DNA of 50,498 nt, filler included, from an uncultured virus (IMG/VR IMGVR_UViG_2124908030_000007) (8 parts of one record of this genome joined end to end with filler, not necessarily neighbours in it); one strand, 5' to 3'. Positions 27,778-39,469 are shown, numbered from the whole stretch's first letter. The notes: a model not told the origin generated them from the letters alone. A program made the numbers and translations.

Positions 27778-30667
27778 ATGAGTCAATCCGGTTCGGACAA
27801 ACTTGAGCAGTATCGTAGTACCGCTGGCGCTGAGGTAAAAATCGCTGATGTTGCGAGTGAAGATCACGCTCTACAGAGTCTCGTCGATGATGGAGGCACT
27901 CAAGAGCGTATCTATGATGCTCAACAGTCGGGCGCACGATTTGTTAACTTCTACGACGACCCTGCTGCCTCAATTCGAGAGTATCTTTCCAACGCCGAGA
28001 CAGCGTGTATTCGTCGGTGTATTCAGGAACTAAAGCAGTCTGGCTTTGACGACAGCGAGATTCCTGATGAAACCAGCGACGTGATCGACATGGCAAAAGA
28101 AGAGACGGGTTACTCTCCTGTCATTGAGGTCACGTATAATCGTAAGGACGACGAGACTCGTCTTGTCATCGAAGACAATGGCATCGGTATCTCGTCAGAA
28201 GAGTACGAGGTCGTTCAACACGTTGGCTACTCCATGTCTCACCAAGACGGAGACCGTCTCGGGAACTTCGGTATTGGGTGGATGAGTGGATTCCTGCTCA
28301 CCTCAGTTAACGGGATGTTCAAGATGACTACTAAGTCGTTCCTTACTGACGAGACGTACTCTACTGCCGAGTATGTCGCCAACTTCGAGATGCTGGACAA
28401 TTCGCGTGAAAGCTATGGCACCATCTTCGAGTTCCCCTCCTTCGGCGAGGCAGCGAAAGAAATTGACATCCCCGAAAAAGTTTCGGAATATGCTGAAGGA
28501 ATGATCATTCCTGTCCTGTATCGAGACTTCGACCATNNNNNNNNNNNNNNNNNNNNNNNNNNNNNNNNNNNNNNNNNNNNNNNNNNNNNNNNNNNNNNNN
28601 NNNNNNNNNNNNNNNNNNNNNNNNNNNNNNNNNNNNNNNNNNNNNNNNNNNNNNNNNNNNNNNNNNNNNNNNNNNNNNNNNNNNNNNNNNNNNNNNNNNN
28701 NNNNNNNNNNNNNNNNNNNNNNNNNNNNNNNNNNNNNNNNNNNNNNNNNNNNNNNNNNNNNNNNNNNNNNNNNNNNNNNNNNNNNNNNNNNNNNNNNNNN
28801 NNNNNNNNNNNNNNNNNNNNNNNNNNNNNNNNNNNNNNNNNNNNNNNNNNNNNNNNNNNNNNNNNNNNNNNNNNNNNNNNNNNNNNNNNNNNNNNNNNNN
28901 NNNNNNNNNNNNNNNNNNNNNNNNNNNNNNNNNNNNNNNNNNNNNNNNNNNNNNNNNNNNNNNNNNNNNNNNNNNNNNNNNNNNNNNNNNNNNNNNNNNN
29001 NNNNNNNNNNTTCGATGCCTATTCGTCGGAATGATGATAAACATATCACCAACCATAGCTTCAATGCTAAGTGGAAGTGGGACTTCCGTGGGAAGAAAGA
29101 AAACGGTCCTATTGTGAGTTGTCCGAGTGACCCGTCTCTTGTTGGACTTGTCCCGACCGAGAACATCAAGTACGACCAGATGATGGAGGAACTACAGGAA
29201 GATTGTATCCCTCTTTCAGAAGTCCCTGATGACGCTATCTCGATGCCTGAGCCAGCGTCGAGCCGAGACTCATACAAGTCTGGCAACGACGACTTCTGGA
29301 GATACGTGAGTGACAAACTCCAAGAAGCGTGGGCAGACATTGCCAGAGAGCGGTTCAAAGGCTTGGACTCGTGGGAAACGTTCCTCAACATGTCTCACGA
29401 AGAAAAGAAGTCTCTACTCCGAGCGTATTCAGAGTTTGGCCCGAGTTACAAAGTCAGCGACCCACAGACGATTGTTGAAACGATTGAAGACAACGTTGGC
29501 GTCACCGTTGACGGTAGTGCCTGTGTCCGGATTCATGAGAGTCAAAGTAAGGTCAATGTAGTTCATCGAGGAAGTAAAACTGCTGAAACGAAGTCTGCCA
29601 CTAAAAGGAAGAGAATTTGGGAAATCATCGAAGAAGCGCCTGACGGTGTTTACATGGGTGTTTCGATCAGCCAAAAGAAAGCAGACATCGCTTGGGGTCT
29701 TGGTGACACTCACGTTGTCCGACTTGAAGGAACGGGTCAGTACAGCGAACTTGCTGATACGTGGGATTGGAACAAGCTCAAGAATCTTCCTCACCGGGAT
29801 CTCGAAGAAAAGCTTCCAGAACTAGACGATGATGTTATCGAGATGTACGATACTAAAAGTACGTCTGGTGGAAGCAGTAACAGTAGTTCTTCTTCCAGTT
29901 CCAGTAGTGATACTGGCGGCGATGGGAAGAATCCTGAAAAGTATCGTATGAAAGTTCGTGTCGGTGCTTACGCGAGAAAGTACTATAGTGTTCACTCAGC
30001 AAAGTATATTCACGACACTCTTGATAATGGTGACAAATTGAACGCTGGTCATTACAGTTGTCAGTATCTTATATTGTCTGATGATGATACGTATGCTCGG
30101 ACAGTTGGAAAGAAAGCAAAGAAGTCGTTCGGTGTGGCTGGAGTTTCTGTCCCTGATTACGTGTACGACTACTTACTGACTGCTGATAATGTGTATGAGA
30201 CGTATGAAGAGATTAAACAAGACCATGCTGGAACTGAGTTGACGTTCCTTAATGGTGATACCGAGAACATTAATAACACGTCAAACTCTGATGTGATTAT
30301 CTCTACGTCTAGTGAAACGAAAGACTTCTTTGAAGACAAGCCTGAAGAACTTCTTAAAGTTATGGGATTCGATTCAGACAGGTTTGATCGTTTCGCTATC
30401 ATTGATGGTAAAGAGTTACAGGATGCGTGGAACATTAGCATTGATGCTACAGTCATCAAAATGTCCGACTCTAATCGATTCGGAGACTTTAATGACTATA
30501 CGTACAAGAGTTGTAGGTTCAACGATGTGAAGTATGATTACCTACTCTCTGACTTTGACAAAGACTCAGAAGAGTATGAGGCCATGTTCGGTCGTCGGCG
30601 TGGGACGCCTGATCCCGAGACCAAAGAAGTCCTTCTCGACATTGCCGAGCGAGCAGACCTGATCTAA
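27778..30667 (+). CDS. Hsp90/rIIA-like GHKL ATPase (copy 2, ~960 aa, internal N gap)
   Basis: REYLSNA, EDNGIGI, GNFGIG, YGTIF before the gap; SMPI, YDQM, PEPASSRD after it match copy 1. Confidence 0.85.
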
Positions 30668-30721
30668 TTACTTCGCCTTTCGTAACTCTTAAGTAGTATC
30701 GCCCCGTTTGTTGAAATAGAA

Positions 30722-31659
30722 ATGAGTGACCATACTCTTTATGAGTTGATGAACGGAGAAATTGTTCCCGATATGGGCGGCGAGAACGCTTGGCTCGTCC
30801 GTTTCGGTGAAGGAGAATACGACACGGTTAACAAGAGTGGAAAGAACACTCTCTTGTTGAAGCGTGAATTTGGACTGACGAGTGTCGTCTCTCATGGTGG
30901 CATTCGAGTCGCCTTTGACTTGGAAGAAGATAATATCTTCCTTACAGAAGAAGAGTCTGGAGACGATGTTCGTGTCCCGTCTGAGAAGCATGAGAACGTT
31001 CTGTGGGCAGTTTACGACGAAGACGGTCCACGCCTTCGAGACTTGTTCGACGAGTTGTACGAGCCTACTGTGCGAGAAGGCTTGCTCGACCAGTTGATGC
31101 CTCGATTCCGTAACGACGTTGACGAGATCGAGAAGATGGAACTTGGTTGGATTGTCAACTCCGACATTCTCGTTTCATGGACTGGCTCTAATCATCCCCT
31201 GAACGTTGACTCCACGTATGTTGTCAACTCAGGCGAGGCTGTCGAAGCAGACGAAGACAAAGAAGCACGAGAGATTGACTTCTACATGCCTGACAATCGG
31301 GACGTGTATCTCCCGAACGGGACTCAAACGACTCTCACGGACGTTGAGGTCCGTTTCCTGACGACTGTTGGCCTTCTCGTTGAAACGTACAACATGACTT
31401 GTACGACGATTGCTTGTCCGAGCTATCGAGAACAGTAGCGTAGTGCTTNNNNNNNNNNNNNNNNNNNNGTACAACGAGTACGACCATACTGGTGTCCACG
31501 AGCTATACGTCGTCGAGACGAGTCGAAGATGCTCCGATTGATGTGTTCGAGGATGCCAGCAACGACAGTCCGAGAAAGTGGCGAGAGATCCAGAACACGT
31601 CCGAACGGGCACCCATTCCTGAAGAGATTCGTCAGGATCTGACCGAGCGGTACGAGTAG
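30722..31659 (+). CDS. GHKL-associated partner protein (copy 2; low-quality 3' part)
   Basis: VREGLL..L..RF..ELGWIV..LVSW and LTDVEVRFL match copy 1; acidic frame resumes to TAG at 31659. Confidence 0.75.
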
Positions 31660-31698
31660 GACAAAACCTTTTTATATTGGTAGTACGTAAGTGCTACC

Positions 31699-31923
31699 AT
31701 GGGAGAACTACCAATCGAAGTCGGTTACAAAGTAGAGTTACTAGAAAACGCTAGAGTCGAAGAAGAAGGCGGCGTCACTGGAGACGTTGTATTCGAAGAC
31801 CGTGTAGAGCAATACGTTCCTAAGACTGGTCTACTACGTTTCGAAGAGAGTGAGATAGGGTTGGCTGAGTTTATCAACCTTCGTGAAGAGACTGATCTCA
31901 TGGAGTTGACGGTAGAACAATGA
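31699..31923 (+). CDS. hypothetical protein
   Basis: Promoter plus acidic ORF. Confidence 0.7.
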   Translation: MGELPIEVGYKVELLENARVEEEGGVTGDVVFEDRVEQYVPKTGLLRFEESEIGLAEFINLREETDLMELTVEQ

Positions 31924-32111
31924 TGAACATTATTATACTTACGTTGTCATTTTGTTTTATATATCTTCTTGGTGGACTGATTGTAGAGGATATGTTTAAC
32001 AAGTTCTCACAAGCAGAGTATGATTTCAAGCCTAAACTTTATTTCATTCTTCTTTGGCCAATAGCAATTATGCTTGCTATTGTTTTACTGCTAAATGGTG
32101 ATTTTAGATGA
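31920..32111 (+). CDS. small membrane protein
   Basis: Two TM helices, LWP motif. Confidence 0.7.
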   Translation: MMNIIILTLSFCFIYLLGGLIVEDMFNKFSQAEYDFKPKLYFILLWPIAIMLAIVLLLNGDFR

Positions 32112-32314
32112 GTCACCGAGCAGGACTCGCTCAAGCTCACCACCCGAAAGATCAAGAGTTTGAAGATGGGTACACAGAAGACGACGAAGGAACGTCGAAT
32201 TACGCTTGTAAGATCTGTAAGTCAGGTGTGTGGGTAGACAACGAGCAGCGTCATGAGACGACAAGCTGGTGTGATTCGTGTGGACAGTTACAGCGACTCG
32301 AAAGAGTTAAGTAA
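32108..32314 (+). CDS. zinc-finger microprotein
   Basis: CKIC...CDSCG. Confidence 0.75.
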   Translation: MSHRAGLAQAHHPKDQEFEDGYTEDDEGTSNYACKICKSGVWVDNEQRHETTSWCDSCGQLQRLERVK

Positions 32315-32338
32315 GTAGTAGTCGTACTGTATGATAGA

Positions 32339-32545
32339 ATGTCAGAACGAGTTACCATAATTAACAGAAGTCAAGATGGTGTCAAACACTATGAACAATT
32401 CGAGTCCATACCGGACGTTGGTGACAAACTACGCCTGTATGGATGTGTGTTTGTTGTTGAGTCAGTAAACACAGTATTCAAAAGACCATCACCCGGTAAG
32501 ACTGTTACCGAACAGACAGAAGTTACAGTCAAATATAGACACTAA
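32339..32545 (+). CDS. hypothetical protein
   Basis: Promoter plus ORF. Confidence 0.7.
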   Translation: MSERVTIINRSQDGVKHYEQFESIPDVGDKLRLYGCVFVVESVNTVFKRPSPGKTVTEQTEVTVKYRH

Positions 32546-32796
32546 TGTCAGAACTTGACCTACGATTCGACGATGTTGTGATCGAATCGACAAAGATGAT
32601 CGGTCCACGAGGAACGTATCACACAGCAGTCTGTCGGCAGTGTTCGACACAGCATGAGGCAACACACACAGAGTTGGCAGAAAAACGGCTGTACGTAGAT
32701 AGCGAAGAAATAAAGTATGTTGCCGAGATGCGTGCGTGGAACTGTTGTAATGAAGACAACACACCCCTCGACGGATTTCCAGAAGACCCTCGATAG
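32545..32796 (+). CDS. Cys-containing hypothetical protein
   Basis: CRQC...CC; TAATG overlap. Confidence 0.7.
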   Translation: MSELDLRFDDVVIESTKMIGPRGTYHTAVCRQCSTQHEATHTELAEKRLYVDSEEIKYVAEMRAWNCCNEDNTPLDGFPEDPR

Positions 32797-32834
32797 ACGT
32801 AACTTTTTTATGTACGTATCCCGTTTCTACGTAC

Positions 32835-33364
32835 ATGAGAAAATACCCGAAACTCAAGTACCCGGATCACAGAAAGTCAAACGGCCTCTTCGCTTCAGGA
32901 GAGTTTATCGTTCAAGAGAAAGTCGATGGTGCCAACTTTCGGTTTACTCTTGAGCGAAACCTTGACGAAGAGTATCACACAGAAGATAGAGAGCTTGTCT
33001 TTGGTTCGCGTAACGTAGCCTACAAAAACCAGAAAGACGAGAGCAAGCAGTTCGCCGAGGTCATGGAGTACCTCAGAGAAGTTGTTGATACTTTTACCAT
33101 TAGGTACATGGAAGAGAATCGGTTTAATGGTGGACTGGTCTTCTTTGGAGAAGCCATGAAACCTCACACATTAGAATACGATTGGGACGAAACACCTCCG
33201 TTTGTTGGCTTCGATGTTTGGTCAATTGGATTGAACCGTTGGCTTAACTACACAGAGTGGTCGTACTGTTTTGATATGTTGGACCTTCAAAAGTCTCCTG
33301 TCATCGATACTGTTGACGTGGAAGATAGGGATACGATTGAATACGAAGTTCCTGAAAGTGAGTT
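32835..33364 (+). CDS. ATP-dependent RNA ligase (Rnl2-like), 3' truncated
   Basis: Motif I EKVDGAN, FGSR, FFGE, GFDV. Confidence 0.88.
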
Positions 33365-33476
33365 NNNNNNNNNNNNNNNNNNNNNNNNNNNNNNNNNNNN
33401 NNNNNNNNTTAATTAATTAANNNNNNNNNNNNNNNNNNNNNNNNNNNNNNNNNNNNNNNNNNNNAGAACGTAAAGT

Positions 33477-33623
33477 ATGATTATGGAACCCTGCCAAAAT
33501 TGTGAGGCTACAATCCCACGAGGTGTTAGAGTCGAAACTAATGATGGAGAAAGTATGACAGTAACGGTGAATTACTGTCCTATTTGTGGAGAGAAGACTC
33601 CATGGAGTTATGGTGTAAAATGA
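33477..33623 (+). CDS. 48-aa zinc-finger microprotein
   Basis: Manual translation: CQNC...YCPICG. Confidence 0.7.
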   Translation: MIMEPCQNCEATIPRGVRVETNDGESMTVTVNYCPICGEKTPWSYGVK

Positions 33624-33808
33624 GTCTCTACCAATTTATTCTCGGATACTCTATTTCAGCAATGATTGGAAGCTTTTTGTTAATAAAGTATACATCAAGT
33701 AAGACGTTTATACTCGCTGCTCTTGTAATGTTGTTACTTTCACACATTATAGGGTACATTGACGGATACGTGTATGGTATGGAAAAAGAATACGAAAGAG
33801 TTAACTAG
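33620..33808 (+). CDS. small membrane protein
   Basis: Two TM helices; ATGA overlap. Confidence 0.65.
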   Translation: MSLYQFILGYSISAMIGSFLLIKYTSSKTFILAALVMLLLSHIIGYIDGYVYGMEKEYERVN

Positions 33809-33832
33809 ATAGGCGTACTACGTGATGACACA

Positions 33833-34255
33833 ATGAGAGAACAACCCGATTTCACGGAACAGTTCAAAAACGCATTGAGCAAAGTAGGGTACAGTGGTGC
33901 TGACCTCAACCGAATCGAGACGCGCCACTGTGCCTCTGAAGACCACGACGGAGTTGAGTACAAATTCTACGGACACTGGATTCCGATCCGTCCAATCATC
34001 GACGTGATTGCTGATGAGGAAGGCTTCTCCATCGAGAACATCTCTTTTGTGGACGAATCGACTGAAGACAACGACCTTGAAGCACACGTTATCGTGTTCG
34101 TAGCCGACGTTCACATGACACTCCCCAAACACCCCGGCCCCCTCTCTGAGAGCGAGCAGGAAACTCTTAGTGAGAAGTTCGCTGATCACGAGATCTCTGA
34201 TGAGCAGCGGGAACGCCAAGAAAAGTACCAAGAAAAGCTAGAGGATACTAAATAG
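33833..34255 (+). CDS. acidic hypothetical protein
   Basis: Promoter plus 140-aa ORF. Confidence 0.8.
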   Translation: MREQPDFTEQFKNALSKVGYSGADLNRIETRHCASEDHDGVEYKFYGHWIPIRPIIDVIADEEGFSIENISFVDESTEDNDLEAHVIVFVADVHMTLPKHPGPLSESEQETLSEKFADHEISDEQRERQEKYQEKLEDTK

Positions 34256-34321
34256 TAACTCTTAAAAGACATAAATAATATCGAAAGAATTAAGTACCTG
34301 CGGTGAGAATATGTAATTACA

Positions 34322-34630
34322 ATGGCACAAGTAGACATCGATGTACGCCTTAAAGCTAAAGAGGAAGAGGAAGAAGACACATTTCGAGGGAAAATCGCTG
34401 TTTCAGTCTCTGGCGAGTCAGGTCAAACATTTAGCGATGCGACCATTCGAGTAGTCTCAAAAGAAACTGATTACGAGGAGAGCAAAACGTCGAGTGAGTA
34501 TGGAATCTCTCAGAAGTTCGAGAACGTCCCCATGCCAGCAACAGTTATTGTAGAGAAGACAGGCTTCCAAAAAGAAGAGATCGAAGTGACAGAAGAGGAT
34601 ATGGGTACTGAAATCGTTCGAGGATACTAA
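34322..34630 (+). CDS. carboxypeptidase-regulatory-like beta-sandwich protein
   Basis: DATIRVV...TSSEYG...ENVP...VIVEKTGF pattern. Confidence 0.6.
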   Translation: MAQVDIDVRLKAKEEEEEDTFRGKIAVSVSGESGQTFSDATIRVVSKETDYEESKTSSEYGISQKFENVPMPATVIVEKTGFQKEEIEVTEEDMGTEIVRGY

Positions 34631-34674
34631 GTAGTAACACTTATCAGTAGAGTAGTCGTACTGTACATACGAAA

Positions 34675-34896
34675 ATGAACGAAACAATCGCCAAAGTCGT
34701 AGCAGCACTTACCGGAGCAACGCTCTACTTCCCATCAGTAGTATCAGCACAGCTAATAGCACAATCATACATGTCTAACACTTCTGGACTTGTTCAAATG
34801 ATAACCATTCCTCCAATTGTTATTACACTAATCCTTGGTGTTCTCGCAGTTGTTTTTGTTTTTCCTATAGTGTTACAAGAAGCATTAACAGAATAG
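34675..34896 (+). CDS. small membrane protein
   Basis: Two TM helices. Confidence 0.7.
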   Translation: MNETIAKVVAALTGATLYFPSVVSAQLIAQSYMSNTSGLVQMITIPPIVITLILGVLAVVFVFPIVLQEALTE

Positions 34897-34900
34897 TTAC

Positions 34901-35110
34901 ATGAATTGGTTTGATCGCGCTGAAACGGTGTTAGTTATTGTGATAGCATTGTTGTTTTGGTTATATATTGCTTCTCTAATTATTCTTCCAATATCGTACC
35001 TACTTGGAGTAGCATGGCTGGCATCAATATTAGAACCATTCGTTAAAACAATTATTATATACTTCTTCGTTTCAGCGTATTTACTACTATTCTGGCCAAC
35101 AGAATCGTAA
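34901..35110 (+). CDS. small membrane protein
   Basis: Hydrophobic ORF. Confidence 0.65.
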   Translation: MNWFDRAETVLVIVIALLFWLYIASLIILPISYLLGVAWLASILEPFVKTIIIYFFVSAYLLLFWPTES

Positions 35111-35141
35111 CCCTTATTTGATTGGCAAGCCAATCAATGGT

Positions 35142-36789
35142 ATGCCCGAATTGAGACCGTGAACAATAAGAAAACGTCGAAGAGTTGGCAGCCCGTCGTT
35201 CAGAGTATCAAAAGAGACGATCATCGACATAGTGAGCACTATTCATCGATGATACAAGAGTCACTCTGTCTGCTCACAGAGCAGGGAAGTCTCTCATTCT
35301 GTACACAGTCAGCCGAGTACTGTCTGACATTAAGAATGAGAAAACGTTCTCGACAACGCCGTTGAACACACTCATCGACCAGATCGAGAATGACGACCTT
35401 CTAGAAGAAGCAGTCACTCTTAAGGGAAAGAACAATTACAACTGTGTTCATCCCATGGACCACGGTGCGCCAGTCGATGATGCTATCTGTCAAAGAATGG
35501 CTGGTTTTGACTGTGAGTTTAAAGAACGGTATCCAGAAGACGGTGGCTGTCCGTACTACGGGAAGAAAGAACTCGCAACAACGAAGGACACGGTTGTCAC
35601 CAACCTGTCATACCTTATGACAAACTCGATGATTCCGAGTGAGTACGGCTTCGAGCCACGTACCCTGCTAGAAATTGACGAAGTTCAGAACGTCGAGAAC
35701 TTCGCTCTACAATTCATCGGTTTTACAATTGACGAGTCCAGCATCCCGATAAACTTTGGTCGTCTACCGATGATTCCTGAAGAAGACTCAACCATGGAAG
35801 ATATGGTAGAGTGGCTTCAAGAACTGTCTCGCTTGCTTACTGAAAGAGCAAATGAGTTGTCGTCTAAGTCACGACTGACAGATAGAGAAAACAATCATTT
35901 AAAGAAAATAAAGCGTATTCGTCATCGTGTGATCAATTTCCTTCACGATCAGGCAGAGGGAAAACATTGGACGAAAACACACGACAACGGAACAGTCGAG
36001 CTAGAGCCTGTGTTCATCGGGCGATTCATTGACAAGTTCCTATGGAGTCAGCTGACAAGTACGTTCTGTCGAGCGCGACCATTCCCAAAGGTAGCTTCCT
36101 CGAAGAAATCGGTCTCGAACCTGACAACATAAAGCGTATCGAGGTGCGTCTACGTTCCCCAAAGAGCGGCGACTGTCATCACAGACTACGTTGGCAAGAT
36201 GACACAAGGAGAGCGACGTAAGACGTTCCCGAAACTAGTAGACAAGATTGAAGAGATAGCAGACTATCACAATGGAGAGAACGGCTTCATCCATTGTAAC
36301 TCGTATGAGATCGCTCAAAATATATACGACAACCTCTCTGTGTACGTAAAACGTCGGACAATGTTACAAGACCAGAAGAACCGAGAAGAATCACTTGAAA
36401 AGTGGATGGACTCAAACAAACAGATATTCTTGTCTGTTGCTCAAGATGAGGGTATCTCTCTCGACGGAGACAAAGCACGCTGGCAAGTTGTCGCCAAAGC
36501 AAGTTATCCGTTTGTTGGAGACGAGAGAGTTTCTTATCGCCTCAACGAGCTTGGTGACTGGAACTGGTACAATGGATCTGCCGTAATCAATTTACAGCAG
36601 GCGGCAGGGCGTGGTATGAGATCAAAAGACGACTGGTGTACGACCTACCTTATTGACAGTTCATTCAAAAGCCTTCTTCAACGGAATCGTAACTTGTTCG
36701 AAGACTGGTTCCTCGATGCCGTAAACTGTGACCCTGCTGATGAAGTGACTGCCAAAGTCCCTGAAAGCAAGTTCACGTTCTCGACGTAG
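35142..36789 (+). CDS. DinG/XPD-like SF2 helicase with Fe-S Cys cluster (several apparent frameshifts)
   Basis: AGKS Walker A remnant, LKGKNNYNC plus three Cys, IDEVQ, EGISL, QAAGRGMRSKDD. Confidence 0.85.
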
Positions 36790-36836
36790 AGATACCGTAA
36801 CCTTTTTATTACTATACCCCGTTGTTACAATCGCAA

Positions 36837-37739
36837 ATGGTTAGCGCAAAACAGAAAGCGGTTGTCGTTGGAGTATCGCTACTCGTGTTGTTCGGACTTG
36901 TGGGTGCTATGATGGCATACCAGCAAGTCCCCGAGGGGCACGAGGGTGTCGAAAAGAATTGGGGAGCAGTCAACGGAAACACTCTAGACAGTGGTGCTAA
37001 CTGGATTGTTCCTGTTATGCAAAGTGTCCAGAATGTTGAGACTCGTCCCCGAACGTACACTCGAACAAACAAAGAGGGTGAAGGCGCTCAATCTAGCTCT
37101 GATGCCGTCACAGTGAAGACTGTCAACGGCACGAGCGTGGACGTTGGTATCACCGTCCGTTACACCATCGATCCGAATCAGGCAGACAAATTCGTGTCTG
37201 AGTGGAACAATGAGCGACAAATGGAGCAACGTCTCATTCGTCCCACCATTGAGAGTAACCTTCAAGACGAGGCATCCAACCTTCAGACGACTGGTGAAGG
37301 TTCCATCTACACGAACGCTGGGCGTGAATCTCTACGAGTCGCAACCGAGGAAGCCCTGAACGAAGAGGTTGAGGGAGAGCCTATCACAATTGAGCGAGTC
37401 CAGATTCGCCAACCTCAGCTTCCCAAAGAGATTGACCAGACTCTAGACGAGAAGGAGTCTGCCAAGCAAAAGGTCCAAGTCGAGAAAGAACGTGTGAAGC
37501 AGGCAGAAGCCGTGAAGCAACGGCGTATCGTTGAAGCGGAAGCCGAAGCAGAGGAAGTCCGTATCGCGGCAGAAGCAGACGCCGAGGCTACTCGTATCCG
37601 TGGCGAAGCCCTCGAAGAACACCCCGTGGTATTGAGGCAACAAAAAATTGATGCCTATGACGACGGAACTGTCTTCGTGACAGACGGTAACACGTCCATG
37701 ATTATGGACACGAGTACCACCACGGAAGACGACCAGTAG
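36837..37739 (+). CDS. SPFH/band 7 (prohibitin-like) membrane protein
   Basis: N-terminal TM, VPEGHEGV, SPFH core, AEAEAE coiled coil. Confidence 0.92.
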   Translation: MVSAKQKAVVVGVSLLVLFGLVGAMMAYQQVPEGHEGVEKNWGAVNGNTLDSGANWIVPVMQSVQNVETRPRTYTRTNKEGEGAQSSSDAVTVKTVNGTSVDVGITVRYTIDPNQADKFVSEWNNERQMEQRLIRPTIESNLQDEASNLQTTGEGSIYTNAGRESLRVATEEALNEEVEGEPITIERVQIRQPQLPKEIDQTLDEKESAKQKVQVEKERVKQAEAVKQRRIVEAEAEAEEVRIAAEADAEATRIRGEALEEHPVVLRQQKIDAYDDGTVFVTDGNTSMIMDTSTTTEDDQ

Positions 37740-37757
37740 GACTACACGGTTTCGTTC

Positions 37758-37766
37758 TTTTTTTTT
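37758..37766 (+). terminator. oligo-T terminator
   Basis: T9 after SPFH stop. Confidence 0.7.
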
Positions 37767-38077
37767 GTCTCGACCGAAAGACTTAAGTACTTGTAGACTG
37801 TAGTATACAGTATGTCACGAGACAATCTCGTTCGGCTGTCGGATCGGGAGAAGCAACTGCTCGAAGAAGTNNNNNNNNNNNNNNNNNNNNCTTTTTTTAT
37901 TGTACACTCATACTATTAGTCGATGACTCAATCAGACGACGATAAAAAAGACATTCCGGTGTATCACGGGTTCGGAGCGTTCGGTGAAAGCCTAGACCCA
38001 AATCCAGACATTGATCTCGCAGTTGTTTACCCCAACATACAAGAATTATATCCAGAAGTGAATATTGAAGAAGAATA

Positions 38078-38263
38078 ATGATAGAATTACTACACGCTTA
38101 CTTGTTCGGGGTGTTAGTAGTGTTATGTACCTTTTTATTTAACATAGAAGAGAATACAAAGATAGATGCTCTACGTAAAGGCTTCATAGCCATTTTGCTG
38201 TCTACTTTTTGGCCGATACTGGCTATCATTATTCTTGGTGTGTCTTTGTTAGACATTCCGTAA
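38078..38263 (+). CDS. small membrane protein
   Basis: Two TM helices, FWP motif. Confidence 0.7.
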   Translation: MIELLHAYLFGVLVVLCTFLFNIEENTKIDALRKGFIAILLSTFWPILAIIILGVSLLDIP

Positions 38264-38668
38264 CCTTTTTATTACAGTAGTCCGTATATCCAGTTGGTGA
38301 TTCACTATCGTCGCTAAACTCGTACTAGGACTGGTCGTGATTACAATCATCGTCGCTCTGGCGATGTTCAGCACGCTCCGGTACTTTCAAAAACGGCAGG
38401 AGTATAAGCACGAAAAAGAGATGCTTCGTGAGAAGCGAGACGCTGAACTACTGACAGAAGACAGCTACATCGAGCAAGAACTAGAGAGGGAGAAAAATGA
38501 ATGATGAAGATAGAGAATACTCCAGTAATAGGAGTCATAATTACCCGAAACAGGTAAGACCGATGACCAGCAAAGAATGGGAAGACCTAATGAAAAAGAT
38601 CGAAGAAGTTACAATCTCAGAAGAAATGAAAGAATCCGTCGAAAGACACAGAGAAGCAATTAGAGAAG

Positions 38669-38912
38669 ATGAATGACAAATCATACGTAAAAAGAGACTT
38701 AGAAGACTACGCTGACCTCAGTAACATCGAGCCTGATAGTCAAAATTGGAGATCGACTCCGACGAGGAGTGAGCTTCTCGAAAGCGCCCTCTCACTATCA
38801 GAAGACGATATAACGTCAGTAAGGCACGGATCCTATCAGGGAACACTACTGTTCATGTTCGAGAAAGGAGGATACGTGTGGCTATTGAATGATCCATTTG
38901 GTAGTTGTTCAT
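38669..38912 (+). CDS. hypothetical protein (3' truncated)
   Basis: GSYQG...FGSCS. Confidence 0.65.
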
Positions 38913-39014
38913 NNNNNNNNNNNNNNNNNNNNNNNNNNNNNNNNNNNNNNNNNNNNTTAATTAATTAANNNNNNNNNNNNNNNNNNNNNNNNNNNNNNNN
39001 NNNNNNNNNNNNTG

Positions 39015-39290
39015 ATGATTCTAACTAACCCACGAGACCTAACGGACAAGACTTTCCACACGGTGAGCATCACTGCTGAGGAAGAAGACAACACGTTCAC
39101 CGTCACTGCTAGCAACAATCAAGAAAGGGCTGTTGTCAATGTTGGCTCGGTTGCCCTCGGACGAGAGGTGGACGTTGGTATCGTCGATGGAGAGGTCACT
39201 ATCGACGCAGCCTCGTGTGAGATTGTCTTCGACTATCGAGACTTCACCGACGAGTACGGATACGACGAACTACAGGTGAAATTCGAATGA
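39015..39290 (+). CDS. acidic hypothetical protein
   Basis: ORF at contig start. Confidence 0.65.
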   Translation: MILTNPRDLTDKTFHTVSITAEEEDNTFTVTASNNQERAVVNVGSVALGREVDVGIVDGEVTIDAASCEIVFDYRDFTDEYGYDELQVKFE

Positions 39291-39469
39291 GTGAGTTAAT
39301 CACCATTATCGGAATAGTCGTGTACGTTCTCGGAGTAGTGGTTGTTGGCTCTCTCGGATTGAAGTTCGAGCTAGAGAGTCACAGCCCCGACTTGTTCGAG
39401 ACAGCGTACATCGCGTTAACGTGGCCAGTAATGCTGTTGACCATGGCACTAGTTATGGTGAGTGAGTAA
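39287..39469 (+). CDS. small membrane protein
   Basis: Two TM helices, TWP motif. Confidence 0.7.
   Translation: MSELITIIGIVVYVLGVVVVGSLGLKFELESHSPDLFETAYIALTWPVMLLTMALVMVSE

Noticed and set aside
35142..36200. Programmed frameshifting or pseudogenisation of the helicase and of 14996-16138
   Set aside because: Multiple indels without slippery sites in a gappy draft, with catalytic motifs intact; sequencing error is more likely.
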